64,000 nt of DNA from Oikopleura dioica (Eukaryota > Animalia > Chordata): positions 13,454,001-13,518,000 of the forward strand of contig OU015566.1 of NCBI GenBank assembly GCA_907165135.1, read 5' to 3'. The translations under genes and the position numbers were made by a program. How positions within the stretch are numbered: position 1 is the stretch's first letter; the number at the start of each line of letters is the position of its first letter. The notes below the pieces were generated by a model. The model made no database searches. It was not told the DNA's origin and saw only the letters and a program-made list of their open reading frames with translations. Of this stretch, positions 48,401 to 60,037 are shown piece after piece.

Positions 48401-49814
48401 TCGACTGTCCTTGCCTTTCCGGCAAATCATCTTACTTCGAGATCGAGCAAAAATCAATTGATCTCAGTTATTTGAGCAAGATCCGTGGTACAATTCAGTA
48501 CACCGAGCATGGCAACGCTGATAACTATGTCGTGGCCGCGCTCTTTGGTGGAAATTCTTACCTCCTCGTTGAAAAGCGAAATACTGTTTTGACGCTGAGA
48601 ATTGCCACTGGCTACAGAGAAGATGCTAATGGAGATCAAGTGGTCGATCTTGACTTTGACTACACTGCGGAATGGGATTACTCGCCATCGACTTTTGATG
48701 ATATCAGCACTATCCGATTCGGCTTGCAAAAGAAGGTAAGATCAAAATAATTTTTTCAAATATCTCTTGAATTTATCAAAATACTCATTATTTTTCAAGA
48801 GTTCTGGCCCTGCAGAGATTTACGAAGGCAAAATTCTCCAATATTCTGATCTCTACCGACCATCAGCTGAAAAGCTTCAAGCTCTTGACAAAAAGTTCAC
48901 CTTCACCATCCCCAAGTTCCAGTTCGACATTTTGAAGGACGATCTCGACCAGGAATCGATGTACTTTGGTGGTATCCCACAATACCGACTTGAACCAAGA
49001 ATGAAGAGAGTTCTCACCAGACTCGGTCTCATCGACGATCTTGGCCAGGGAGGAGTTCGAGTCAAGTCCATGCCTGCCTGCTTCAGCCGATTGAATATCA
49101 ACTCTGACGATATCAACAAGAAGGGCGAGAACAGATTCGTCAATGTCCTCGACGGCGCTGGCATCTACCGACACAACCGAGAACCGGACAACAAAGATAT
49201 CCGAGTTCAAACCGGACGCAACTTGGAATCAAACACAACAATTGCTCTTCCTGTCGGACTCAATGCCAAGGAAATGGTTGGAGACAAAGAATTCTCTTTC
49301 GGTAAGCAAAATTCAAATGATCGATAGGCTAAATCCTTCTTCAGGTCTTTCGATTGAGTCGCTATCCGACGCTAGAATCTTCAAATTCGCCAACGGCGAA
49401 GTCAAGGTCGAAGATGGCAACCTTATCTTCGACATCAACTCGGTTTCGTACAATGGTGGCGCTGTTCTTGCCACTGGTGATCCCTCCTCCACGGTCCTTG
49501 TCATCATGAATGTTGTTGGTGGAAACACTGAACTCTTCATCCTCGGCGAAAAATCCGATTTCAGCGCAGTTGCTGACGGTCAAGTCGCTGACTTCTCCGA
49601 CATGGAGCTCGGTGGAACTAATCCTGGCGGCGAAGCCTTCGAAGGAGTCATTCTACAGCCACGTCTGCAGACGATTGGACAGTCGCAGCGATACTTGAGC
49701 AACTTCAGATGCAAATCACCGCGTCAGAATCCAAAACGAACACGACTCCAGCGCGAGCAAGACGACACTTACAATTGCAACAGAATGCAGTTCAACTATT
49801 ATTACGAAGAATAA
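39444..49814 (+). CDS. LAMA3/5: Laminin alpha3/5-like chain with inserted C-type lectin domains (SP-LN-LE x3-coil-acidic-CTLD x2-coil-LG1-3)
   Basis: Exons 39444-39555, 41978-43009, 43446-~43589, (possible micro-exon ~43716-43753), 44334-45228, 45272-45500, 45544-45697, 45742-45883, 45929-46145, 46192-48735, 48800-49301, 49345-49814; all introns GT-AG and in phase. LN motifs WNLAK..[54 protein letters not shown]. Confidence 0.9.
40481..40670. mobile_element. Palindromic MITE carrying CCAAT-like boxes, in laminin intron 1
   Basis: About 80-bp arms TATGGGGA.TTTGAGCCAAT.AGAAG...CAATCAGAAG.TATATAACCCCCC mirrored around a short spacer. Confidence 0.8.
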
Positions 49815-50072
49815 CTAATCGAATTAATAAACTAACTGTAACTTACTGTACTTAATTATTTTAGGACCTCTCTCTCTCTCTAACCCAGCCTCCTTCATTC
49901 GACTAGCTCCAAAATTATTGCAAAAAAAAAGTTCAAATCCCAAGTTAAATAAACTCCAAAGTAACATAAAAAATCGTATGATGAGTACTTTTATTAAGTA
50001 CAGTGTCGGTTTTGAAAGATATTTACAGTTGTTCGAGGTCAAAAATGTGTTGTTTTAGCTTTTGCTTTTCTT

Positions 50073-52497
50073 TCATTTTCTGCCCAAAAAGTCGATCATT
50101 TTGAAAAAGTCTTCGTCCGAGACGTCCTTTTTCTCAGTTTCTACCAAATTTTTTGGGTCCATGTTTTGCAACATCTTTGAAAATTCCTCATCTGACATGT
50201 CAGAAGTGACAGTAATCACAGTTTCCTCTGGCTCGGAGTCTTTTGTCTCTGGCTCTAGAATTTTAACAGATGGAGCGGCCTCCCACTGGCTGAATTTCAT
50301 CATTTGCGGTTGAGCCTTTTTAGCTTTTGACGAGTTTTTGCTCTTCTTTTCCTTCTTGGACAATTTCGGCATTTCAGTCGTTGTTGTTGTCGGTCGAAGA
50401 GTTGTTCGGACAGCTTGATTTTTAGCGACCTCGAGTTTGTCTTGCTCGATAATTTTCATCAGTCGCTCGAGTTGAACCTTAGCGGCCTTGTTTCCCTTGG
50501 CTACTTGTTCTTCAAGAAGCTTTTTTCGCTGGAGACGGATTTTTCGCTGCTGCCATGGTGGGAGATGAGCAAGAGGGCCTCCTAGGAATGGATTTATTAT
50601 CAGAATAGATTGCTGGTTTTTTACCTTTTTGGGAAGGTTGCGCAGTAGTGGTGGCTTTGGTTGTCGTTGTAGCTTTAGTCGGAGCTAATCCGCCCATGAC
50701 ACCGAAAAATCGCTCGTCCGCCTTTTTCGAGTTTTTCTTTTCCGCCATTTTCTGATAGGTTTTGTGGACATTTCCATCCTCATCGACGTTCAATGCGAAT
50801 CGCATCTGATCTGGCTGCTGTTTCTTCAGTTTTTTCTTGTCTTCCTTCGCCGGCTTGGTTGTAACGGGAGCTTTGGTTGTTTTGACGGTTTCTTCTTTTT
50901 TGATCGAATTCAGGAGGGCAAAAAAGAAGTCGTCCGGGACCTTTTCGGGAGCCTTTTTAGTCGCTTGAGGGGTCTTTTTGGGCGCTTTTGTTGCTGCGGG
51001 AGCGTTTTTGAAATTGCCGCCGATTACATTTGGTCGACCAGGGCCAGAGAATCGAGGAAGATTTGGTCGAGCGGGCTTTGTTGTTGTTGTGGTTCTCCTT
51101 GTTGTTGGGACTCGTCTTGTTGTTTGAGGAGCTCGGGTCGTTGATGTTTTCTTGAGATTGATGACTGGATTGAAAACTCGATCGGAATCTTTCTTTTCTT
51201 TCTTCAATTCTTTCGACTTTTTCGAAGGTTTTTCGTTGTAAGTGGGTGCTCTGTGGAGATCTTCGATGTTGCTGAAGTATTCAATGCGCTTGGCAAATCG
51301 GTCTTCTGCTGCTTTCATCCAATGATCTAAAGGATACGCTAGAAGAGCCAAATGAATCGGTTTCATTACCTGGAGGATTCGCGAACTGGTCAAAGAGCAT
51401 AGCTTCTTGCTTGACTTTCTTCTGCTCTTCGAAAACCCATTCAGTGTAGTCAGTTGGCTGCCATCCCTTCGTGCAGTTGTCCTAGAAATGGCGTTGATAA
51501 TTCGATCAAGAGAATAAGAAAAAACCTTGAAACAACAGTTTCTGCAGACAGAAACATCTTCTGTGTCGGAGTAAATCTTGCAATTGTGCATGTGAGAGTC
51601 CTGAAGATTGACTGGGTTTCCATCGATTTCCCAGAAATTTTGTTTCATGTTGTTGATGCAGGCGACCTTTTGCTGACATCCAGAGCGCACTTGACGAACT
51701 AAGATTGGATTATCTTTGTTTTCTCATTCGAAAATGTTTTATCAATCGGTGAAAATTTTGATCCATTCCTTGAGGTCCATTTTCGCTGTTGATGCTTCCT
51801 TCAAATCTCACTTCGAGCATGCAACTTTTTTCTGTCGATCCACAAGTCCTGACTTGTCCCATTCGGTAGCACTCTTCGTACGAGTTTCCAGAGCATTCCA
51901 AGCATCTGAGATTTTCCTCTTCTTTAGGGAGATTGAGTTTTTCCGCGAATTTCGCAGCTAGATCTTCTCGTCCAAGCTCTAGAAAGAAAATAATCAACGG
52001 AAAAAAGGGGGAAAAACTTACTTTTACCCTTTTCAATCATATCTCTGAGCATAGTCTCGCTGTTCAAGTACGCTGGATGTTGCATTTTCTTTGCGAACTG
52101 GCCAAAGCTTGTGTTTAGTTCGTTTGGATCGACGACGAATTTTGGGTTGCTGATTGTGCCTTGTGGGTATTCAGGTTTTGGAGCAGCGTGGAGCTTCGCT
52201 GTTTGTTTTTTATTCTTCGTCTTTTTTGACTGCTTTTTCGTTGTTTTTTCTTGCTTTGGGGCTAAAAATACAAATAAACATTCGATTTTTTAGAAATAAA
52301 AAGATCGATTGACCCAGAAAATAGAGAATTTTGGGCTTGGAAGATGAACTTTTATCGGCAATTTTAGAAATTAAGAATCAAATCAATCAAGATTTTGTAC
52401 CTTTTTCAAGATTAATCGTCAGCGCTCCTTCATCCTCTTTCGGTATCGTCTTCGCCGCTGCAAAAGCAGATAAGCAAACAACTTTTAAAATCCTCAT
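50073..52497 (-). CDS. Secreted Lys/Thr-rich mucin-like protein with a Ly6/three-finger-like Cys domain (oikosin-like)
   Basis: Signal peptide MRILKVVCLSAFAAA. Cys domain CLECSGNSYEECY..TCGSTEKSCMLEVR..SGCQQKVACINN..NC..SVCRNCC. Long T/K/P-rich region. Short GT-AG introns keep the frame. Confidence 0.75.
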
Positions 52498-53040
52498 TTT
52501 TTAAAAAATATAATTTTTTTGAGCTGATTTGACTGAGATAAACCCTTCAAATCAACTTCAAAGTAATCATCCCTTATTATCGTTTTCTTATATATATCTG
52601 GCTTTGTTTACATTTCGACAAATATTTCCAGCGGATGGAACTAAAACTTTACACCGCGATTGTTTAGCTGGCGATTTGCGTTGTCTGCTTTTTTCGAAGG
52701 AAGGAAATTTGATTCAAGTAAATATTCAAAATGCAGAATTTATCCCAATTCTTTGCTTTCATCCTGCTTATTTTTAAAAAAAACAAAGACAAAAAATGCT
52801 AACGGGGAATTTTATTTGTCATAATTTTCGGTGAAAATTTAAATTGACAAAAAGTAAAAGTAAAAGTAAATTTTCACTGGCTATATTGTGAATTGATTAA
52901 ACGTCTAAGGCGGTCCGTCTTTAAGATAATCCTGTTCAGAGTTATTTTTGAAGCGAGAATTTCGTTTAGGCTTTGAGTAATCTTTGAAATTTAGAAATCA
53001 TTTAAAAATATTCAAAATAAATAAGCTCTCATTGAAAATT

Positions 53041-53244
53041 CTAACTCTGTTCCTGTTGATCCTCAGTGAGGTTATCGACCCAATCGTAGAGCTTGTCAGT
53101 CAAGTCCTTGAGAATTTCTTGCTGCTGCTGATCGAGAGAGTCCCAGAAAGCCCCAGATTTTTGTGAGGGGAAATCCGCTTTCACGGCTTTAAATTCCTCC
53201 GATAGCCAGTCGGTAAACCTTGACCACTTGTCAATTTCGGGCAT
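53041..53244 (-). CDS. Small acidic helical protein, 67 aa, with internal W-D-x-L repeat
   Basis: ORF MPEIDKWSRF..FWDSLDQQQQEIL..DWVDNLTEDQQEQS*, directly preceded by a TTTTAAG acceptor. Confidence 0.5.
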   Translation of the reverse strand: MPEIDKWSRFTDWLSEEFKAVKADFPSQKSGAFWDSLDQQQQEILKDLTDKLYDWVDNLTEDQQEQS

Positions 53245-53342
53245 CTTAAAAATCAATTTTTTTATCTGGTGAAGAAAATGCTTCGAAGGTTGATTTTATG
53301 CGCCAGAAACAGGAAGTGTCGTCGCGGTTTGGAGGGCTTTTG

Positions 53343-53688
53343 ATCACGTATCTGGCGTTTCCTGTCTATTTTTCAACCTTTATGCGCCATAAAATTTATG
53401 GACTCTATAACGCTGGCTCGAAATATTCATATTATGAAGCCAAGAAGACTAAAAAAGGGGGTTGCGTCAGGAACCGACAAAAAAATTTGACAAATTTTGC
53501 GTGGGCGGCTACTCGGATGCTTATTGGCCGGAGAGCTAATTCCAGGCTTCTGATTGGTAGAAAATGTCCACGCCAAATTTGTCGAATTTTTTGTCCGTTC
53601 GCGACAACTCCCCGAAAATAGACAGGAAGTACCGTCATTGAGTTCGTGAGGGTTGAAAAATAGACCGGAAATTCATGATACACGTGAT
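53343..53688. mobile_element. Imperfect palindromic MITE
   Basis: ATCACGT..TTTCC.GTCTATTTTTCAACC mirrored at the ends. Inner ACAAAAAA.TT.GACAAATTT.GCGTGG is also mirrored. Confidence 0.7.
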
Positions 53689-53976
53689 GCACTGCCCTTT
53701 TTCACTGGTATCCAGATAAAATGTAAGTAAAATTATTAAAACGTATCGAAATCCTGCCGTCAATTATCCAGTCAAAATTGTTACTTGTTCTTCTTGTTGA
53801 AAGCTTTTTATTTCAGGAGATTTAGCAGGGGTCTGCTGGGGAAAATTGGAATGATGAGATTCGTCAGAAGCGCGTAGCTTAGCACCCTGAGCCCTTTTTA
53901 CACTTGAGGATGATCCTCCCGAAATCCTGATTTTATGCGAGGGATGTTGTAAAAAGAAAGTTTATTTTTTGAAAAG

Positions 53977-55561
53977 ATGCAGTATAAAAGTCTAGAGGAG
54001 AAAAAGAAGCAATATGTTCCGGGCGGAAATTTTCTCGGCCTCATGGTACTCGAATGCGATTAAATAATTGAAAGAATCTTGTTTTAGCGGATCTTTCAAA
54101 TGCTTGTTGGATGCCTGGCATGGTTTGTCCCGGGAATTATTATAATGGAGAATCCGCAGTTAAATCCGCTTTATGGAACTGGCATCTTCTATGTAACCAG
54201 CAAAATACTTTTTCAATAGAAAACAATTCCTAGACATTCGTTCTCGCTGGAATCATCAGCTGGCTCCTACCCTGCTTTAAAATCCTCTCCATCGTTCCGT
54301 GGCCAATTAGCGCTGGTCCAGAATCAATGATCTGCCTGATCGCCGGTTTTTTCTCGGTCTTGTCCGGCATCGCCATTTGCATCGGCCAGAATGATATTCA
54401 GCCCTATATTCTCAAAATCGCCCTTGGTAAGCCTGAAGAATAAGAGTTGATAAGATATATTTCTAGTGCTCAATGTGATTCATTCGACGATTTTGTACGG
54501 AACTCCTGTTGTGATCTGCAGCCAAAGTGCTTTTAGATTCTTTTTCATATCCGATACTGAGTAAGCGGATAATTTTCTCGGGACGTTTTCACGACGATTT
54601 TTAAGGGTAATCCTATACATCGGCGCGGCGCTGCTCGCTCGATCCGCGCTCCGCCAGAACCTATTTTTCACTAGGCCATAAAATTCGACGGGAGTAAGAT
54701 TTTTTCAAAATTCAAAAAGATTCGTAATCCTTAAACTCTCTTCTATCGCTCTAGCAAAAATGAAAAAAATCGGGAACGAGGAACTATCTGAAAACCGCCG
54801 GTTTCCTTCAAAAGACATTTACCGCGACATTTCTCATTCAAATTTCACGAAAATCAGATGGTCTTGTAGAGAATCGTCTGCTCTACAATTCCTCTGATTT
54901 ACATTTTCCTTTAACGTTCTCAAAAATTCTCGATGATAGTTTGAAGAGAGTGCTATTCTATTCTGCCGGAGCGCGCCGTGAGAAATAGGAAGAAGAGAGG
55001 CGCGAGGAAGCATAGCGCTGTTTTAAAATGACCATATAAAATTATTGAGAGCGCAAAAAGAAAATCTAAATCAGAGGAATTGTAGAGTAGACGATTCTCT
55101 ACAAGACCATCTGATTTTCGTGAAATTTGAACGAGAAATGTGGCGGAAAATGTCTTTTGAAGGAAACCGGCGGTTTTCAGATAGTTCCTCGTTCCCGATT
55201 TTTTTCATTTTCGCTAGAGCGATAGAATAGAGTTTAAGGATTACGAATCTTTTTGAATTTCGAAAAAATCTTACTCCCGTCGAATTTTATGGCCTAGAGA
55301 AAAATAGGTTCTGGCGGAGCGCGGATCGAGCGAGCAGCGCCGCGCCGATGTATAGGATTACCCTTAAGCCTAACGACCATGCAGGCTTTCAACAACATGG
55401 AAGCACGGGAGCGCTACGAGCGAGACATGGAACGAGCGAGCATCGTCAAGAATTATGAAGTTTCTGAAGACAACCACGGCCAATCCTTGAACATTTCCTC
55501 GGCTGGTTATAAAAAAGTTGTGGTAAAGGCAGAACCTATCTTTGAAGACATGAACGAATAA
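53977..55561 (+). CDS. Four-pass MARVEL-like membrane protein
   Basis: Exons 53977-54045, 54088-54192, 54234-54426, 54467-~54510, 55385-55561 give LGLMRIFQMLVGCLAWF and four hydrophobic segments. The family call is tentative. Confidence 0.6.
54605..55363. mobile_element. 759-bp non-autonomous DNA transposon with ~295-bp TIRs and TTAA TSD (Kolobok-type signature)
   Basis: TTAA|GGGTAATCCTATACATCGGCGCGGC ... GCCGCGCCGATGTATAGGATTACCC|TTAA; arms near-identical. Confidence 0.93.
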
Positions 55562-56426
55562 AGACAAAAACGATATATCAAATAGGTGACAATTTGTTAC
55601 TTGGAATCAGAAGTTACTGTAGATTTTAACATGGAACATGTTCAATAAAATAAGAATATGGCGATATACAGCGAAACTACCGCTAATCAAAACATGTGTC
55701 CTAATTTGCAAATGAATCACGAGCGTCGCTACGCAAGCTAAAATGTTCTTCTAATGTTCAAAAAATGACTGGTATTTTCGAAGTTGTAAGCACAAAGTGG
55801 GATGTGGCTCGGGGGTTTAATCTTCAAACCACCACCTTCTTCCGCTTGTCAAAACTTACGCGTGAAGCCTAATGCAGAAAGTCAAATTTGAACGAAAACA
55901 AGCTCTTTTTGAAGATAAAATCTTGTTTCCAGTCCAGAAGTTCCAAAAGTCAGAATAGATTATGCAAAAAAAACAAACTGATTGTTTCGTTATTTTTAAC
56001 CTTTAGCCACCTGCGAGCCCGTCAACTGTCAAGTTGTTTTAGAAAGCAAATAGAACTTCAATTGTGTGTCTTTAAAATTTCCGCTGACACGCCAGTTCTT
56101 ATACGAAGTATTCTTCCGCTGAACATCGGATTAAATTTAACGGTTTACGGAGGAATTCACGATTCCGCGCTTATTTCCAATGATTCTTGACTTTTTTTTC
56201 AATTTTTGTCAATTCTACTAAGAATCTATCTTTTGAATTGAATATTTGTAGAAGCAGGAGAAATGTCCAGAATAATCTTATATAGTGTTTTTGATAAAGT
56301 TCATTCTTGAGCGGTAACTGACACCGAATCTCCGTTATGAGAACTCAGGTGTCGCTGCGGAGAGGCGACGCCCAGAGTACTTCTACGACGCGTTACGTTT
56401 TCTAGCTCATTTTGACTTAGAGAAAA

Positions 56427-58069
56427 ATGAAGGTAAAGTCGAAACTGTAGAGATATTTTTAATCGACAATTTCTAGCTCTCAATTTTTCTCGTTGCTTAC
56501 CAATCCGGCGAAGCGATCTCTTGTGGGGATCTATATGATGGCACTGAAACGGTTGAAATAACTTCCCCAGGCTTTCCTGGTCCCTATCCGAGAAGTGATG
56601 GTTGGGAGGATATAACCTGTATCTGGGCGATCGAAAATAAGTGCAATCTCGGATATGAAATTATCCCCCATCATTTCGATGTGGCATATCATTGGGGCTG
56701 CAGAAGAGACAAGTTAGATATCTGGACATACGATTCGACCGGCGAAAATGAGACGAGTACATTCTGTAATAGGGACCAAAATGGTAACATAGCAAAGAAT
56801 GGCCCTTTGGACTACACCTACATCGTCGAGTCAGGCGATGTATATTTGAGACTCACTAGCGACTGGCGCAATAAAGGATTAACAAACACTGGTTTTCGTC
56901 TAGAAGTTCGGCCTATTCGTGATCCTTTCTGTAATCCCTTCGTAACGGCACAACCGGGATCTTGCTTAGCCTCGGAGAAACACCCTCGAATTGCTTATTG
57001 GGAAACATCAGATATTTTTGAGAAAGCAGTGCCTTATTCTGAGTACGATATACTGACATACGAGTTTTTTCCCGCGGACATCATTTCAACTGGCGATGAT
57101 CTTAGAAAAGAATGTCTCGATCGTTGCGTCGATTCTGCTGGGTGTTTCAAAGTCAAGCTGAATCCAGAATCCGAAGAGAGCAAATGCGAACTTCGTGGAC
57201 ATAATCTCACGCCGGAAGAGGGTTTAACTTTTGCAATCAATGGCAAAACCTGCGATACTTTGCCTCAACAGGCATGGGAAGATAGAGCAGGTGTTTTCAC
57301 TTTCTCTTGCCTCTTTTCAAATATTGAAAACGTTGAGCAGTGGTTAGAATATCTCATCAGTCAAAATGGAGCATATACTAGCTGGAATACGTTTTTGACA
57401 GAGGAAGGGGTTGTCAAATCGTCAAAATGGACGTTTGGCATCAACAAGGATAAAACCAGCCCTGATGGAACTTGGTACGCTTTCAGAGCGAATGTTTACT
57501 TCAGAACATTCGTGACAGGTTTCAAAAGCGCCTTGGAAAAAGATCTCTACATTTCACTCGCCGAAGCCGCCACTGAAGAATTCATCGAAAATCTGCAAAT
57601 CGGAGATGCGGAAGTTCTCGAAACAACCGATCCAATCATCGAAGTGGAGCTTCTCAAGGAAGGTATCGATCCGCCAAAGAACGCGTTTGGCTTTGTCTTC
57701 AATCGAATGGAAGAATTCATGGCGAGCGCCGTCGAAAACACAAAGAAAAATGCGAACAAGAAAATGAAAATGATCAAGAACCGGTTCAGTTGGTTCACTG
57801 ACTACTCAGACTCTCCCTGCCAACAATACGCCGGCGATGAGCCTGATGCAGGTATCGATTATGTCCCTGCAACTCTGGATGTCAACGATCAATGCGCTAG
57901 CGTCGCTTCTTTTCATCCAGCTCTAGTCGGATACTTTGAAAATTTTGTCTGCCTTGATCGAGTGGACCCGAAAGCGCGAAACATGCGAAGAACTGCTGTC
58001 AAACTCGGCCTTGCGAAGAAGTTCTTCAACAGAGTTTTGAAGAAGATGTCTTGCCCTCAATCAGTCTGA
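56427..58069 (+). CDS. Secreted CUB-domain protein with an oikosin-like Cys C-terminal region
   Basis: 6-nt first coding exon ATGAAG, 44-bp intron, then one long exon: MKLSIFLVAYQSGEA-ISCG..ITSPGFPGPYP..CIWAI..FDV..GCRRDKL..FC..LRLTSD..GFRL. Confidence 0.82.
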
Positions 58070-58139
58070 GCACCAAAAATTCACAAACCTTTCTGATTCA
58101 CTTGATTTTTAAAATAAAAATTGAAAAATTACAAAAACA

Positions 58140-59950
58140 GAGTGGTCTCCGTTTGCCCAAATCGCCGTTTGCCCAAGTCGCCGTCTGCCCAAGATCGCCG
58201 TTTGCCCAACTTGGGCAGACGGAGACTTGGGCAAACGGCGATCTTGGGCAGACGGCGATCAAATTGAAAATATAATCATAATTCAATTTAAAGAGATTAA
58301 TTCAAGGTTTCAGAAAATTTATGAGCGCAAAGGAGACTTTGATTTCAGTTTATAATTACTAAAATCGGGAAATTTCTCATCTTGAATTATGAAATCAAAA
58401 CCACCAGGATAGGATAGATTTGAAGTGGTAAAGTAAAATCGCTAGTTTTACGTCCGAGGCCTATAGATTGAGGAAACGATGGATGCCGCATCCAGGATGC
58501 GCCGAGTCCTCACAAGCGCTAATCCCCAACTTGGTTGAATTGATGGTTTCCAATATTACTGTTTCTTGTGATTCATTTTCGGTTCGTTTTATTTTTGATG
58601 ATTTCAAAAAACTTTTTGTGGGGCCGGAAATCGTAAAAACTGCAAGTGCAGTTTTCTTCAGCTCGTCAAGACGAGTCGAATGATGGGTCTAACTCCTGAT
58701 AACTCTAAGGATTTACCGGTTTACCGGCTGGTTACCGGAAAATACGTTGTCACCGGCCGTTTTTGTTCTAGAAGTGATAGACTAATGTTTGACACCGGAA
58801 ATTGTTCCTTACAGTCAGTTCTCTTGCAGCCTTAAAGATGAAGGTTGTATCAATTCTCTGAAGAGAGTTATCACTAAAATACTATTTTTTGCGAAAATGG
58901 GACTAGAAATTAGGAACGTGCAGCAACAACAAAATTTTAGTAAAAATTACTGTTTTTAGTGATAACTCTCTTCAGAGAATTGATACAACCTTCATCTTTA
59001 AGGCTGCAAGAGAACTGACTATAAGGAACAATTTCCGGTGTCAAACATTAGTCTATCACTTCTAGAACAAAAACGGCCGGTGACAACGTATTTTCCGGTA
59101 ACCAGCCGGTAAACCGGTAAATCCTTAGAGTTATCAGGAGTTAGACCCATCATTCGACTCGTCTTGACGAGCTGAAGAAAACTGCACTTGCAGTTTTTAC
59201 GATTTCCGGCCGCACAAAAGTTTTTTGAAATCATCTTTGGAGCTATTTCTGATTGAAACTGAGGTAAAACAATCATTGTGAGTAGTGAGAAAAAGGGGAA
59301 AACTGATGAAACTCTTCCCAAAACCTCCTCCCAGCGAAGAGGAGTACTCAGGCTTGATTTACAAAGATCAAATGCACAATCTTATGACAACCGAATAACG
59401 ATCCAGTCTCAGTAAACCGGAGCCTTTTTTCTTCTTGATAAACTCGTCCGGGAATAGTTAATTAGGACTTTGATTGAGAATTAAGCGACTCTCATAATTA
59501 GACCATCCATTACGAAAGCTCTTCTTTATCAATGTAAACGATGTCATTTCGGAAAGCTTCCGTAGAGTCCACGATACTGAATTTTTCATTTCGTCTCTTA
59601 TTTATGTGTTTATGCTCAAGAATTTATTCGAAAATCGGATACAACTATTGAAAAACAATATTAGAAAATTGTGGTGCTTTTGTCAAGAATTCACGGATAA
59701 TAATCGTCAAAAGACATCACAGGACAACCTTTGTTTTCACCTGAAAGTCTCTGCAAATCAGACCGCAATCAGCAGACTCAGTGATGATAATGACATTGTC
59801 GCCTTACTTCTATCATTTCATGATCAATCAATTTAAAAAAAATTCACATCGCCGTTTGCCTAAGATCTCCGTCTGCCCAAGTTGGGCAAACGGCGACTTG
59901 GGCAGACGGCGACTTGGGCAAACGGCGACTTGGGCAAACGGAGACCACTC
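58140..59950. mobile_element. Mutator/foldback-like non-autonomous element with 9-bp TSD and TIRs built from 16-bp subrepeats
   Basis: ACAAAAACA|GAGTGGTCTCCGTTTGCCCAA ... TTGGGCAAACGGAGACCACTC|ACAAAAACA. The TIRs are arrays of CGCCGTTTGCCCAAGT that are themselves palindromic. Confidence 0.9.
58597..59235. mobile_element. Near-perfect 639-bp palindrome nested in the Mutator-like element
   Basis: Arms 58597-58879 and 58954-59235 are reverse complements with only a few mismatches; spacer about 74 bp. Confidence 0.92.
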
Positions 59951-60037
59951 ACAAAAACAAGCTTTTTTTTCAAATTTCATTTCCTCTGAATAAAAAGTTC
60001 TTATTCATTAACAAGCAGTTATAAAAAGAAAGTAGCA

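Noticed and set aside
42442-49583. Long minus-strand ORFs opposite the laminin exons (e.g. 42442-42981, 46411-47130)
   Set aside because: Antisense shadows of strongly codon-biased coding sequence.
58140-58260. Short regularly spaced repeats resembling a CRISPR array
   Set aside because: The units are contiguous 16-bp repeats with no unique spacers, form transposon TIRs, and lie in a eukaryotic context with no cas genes.
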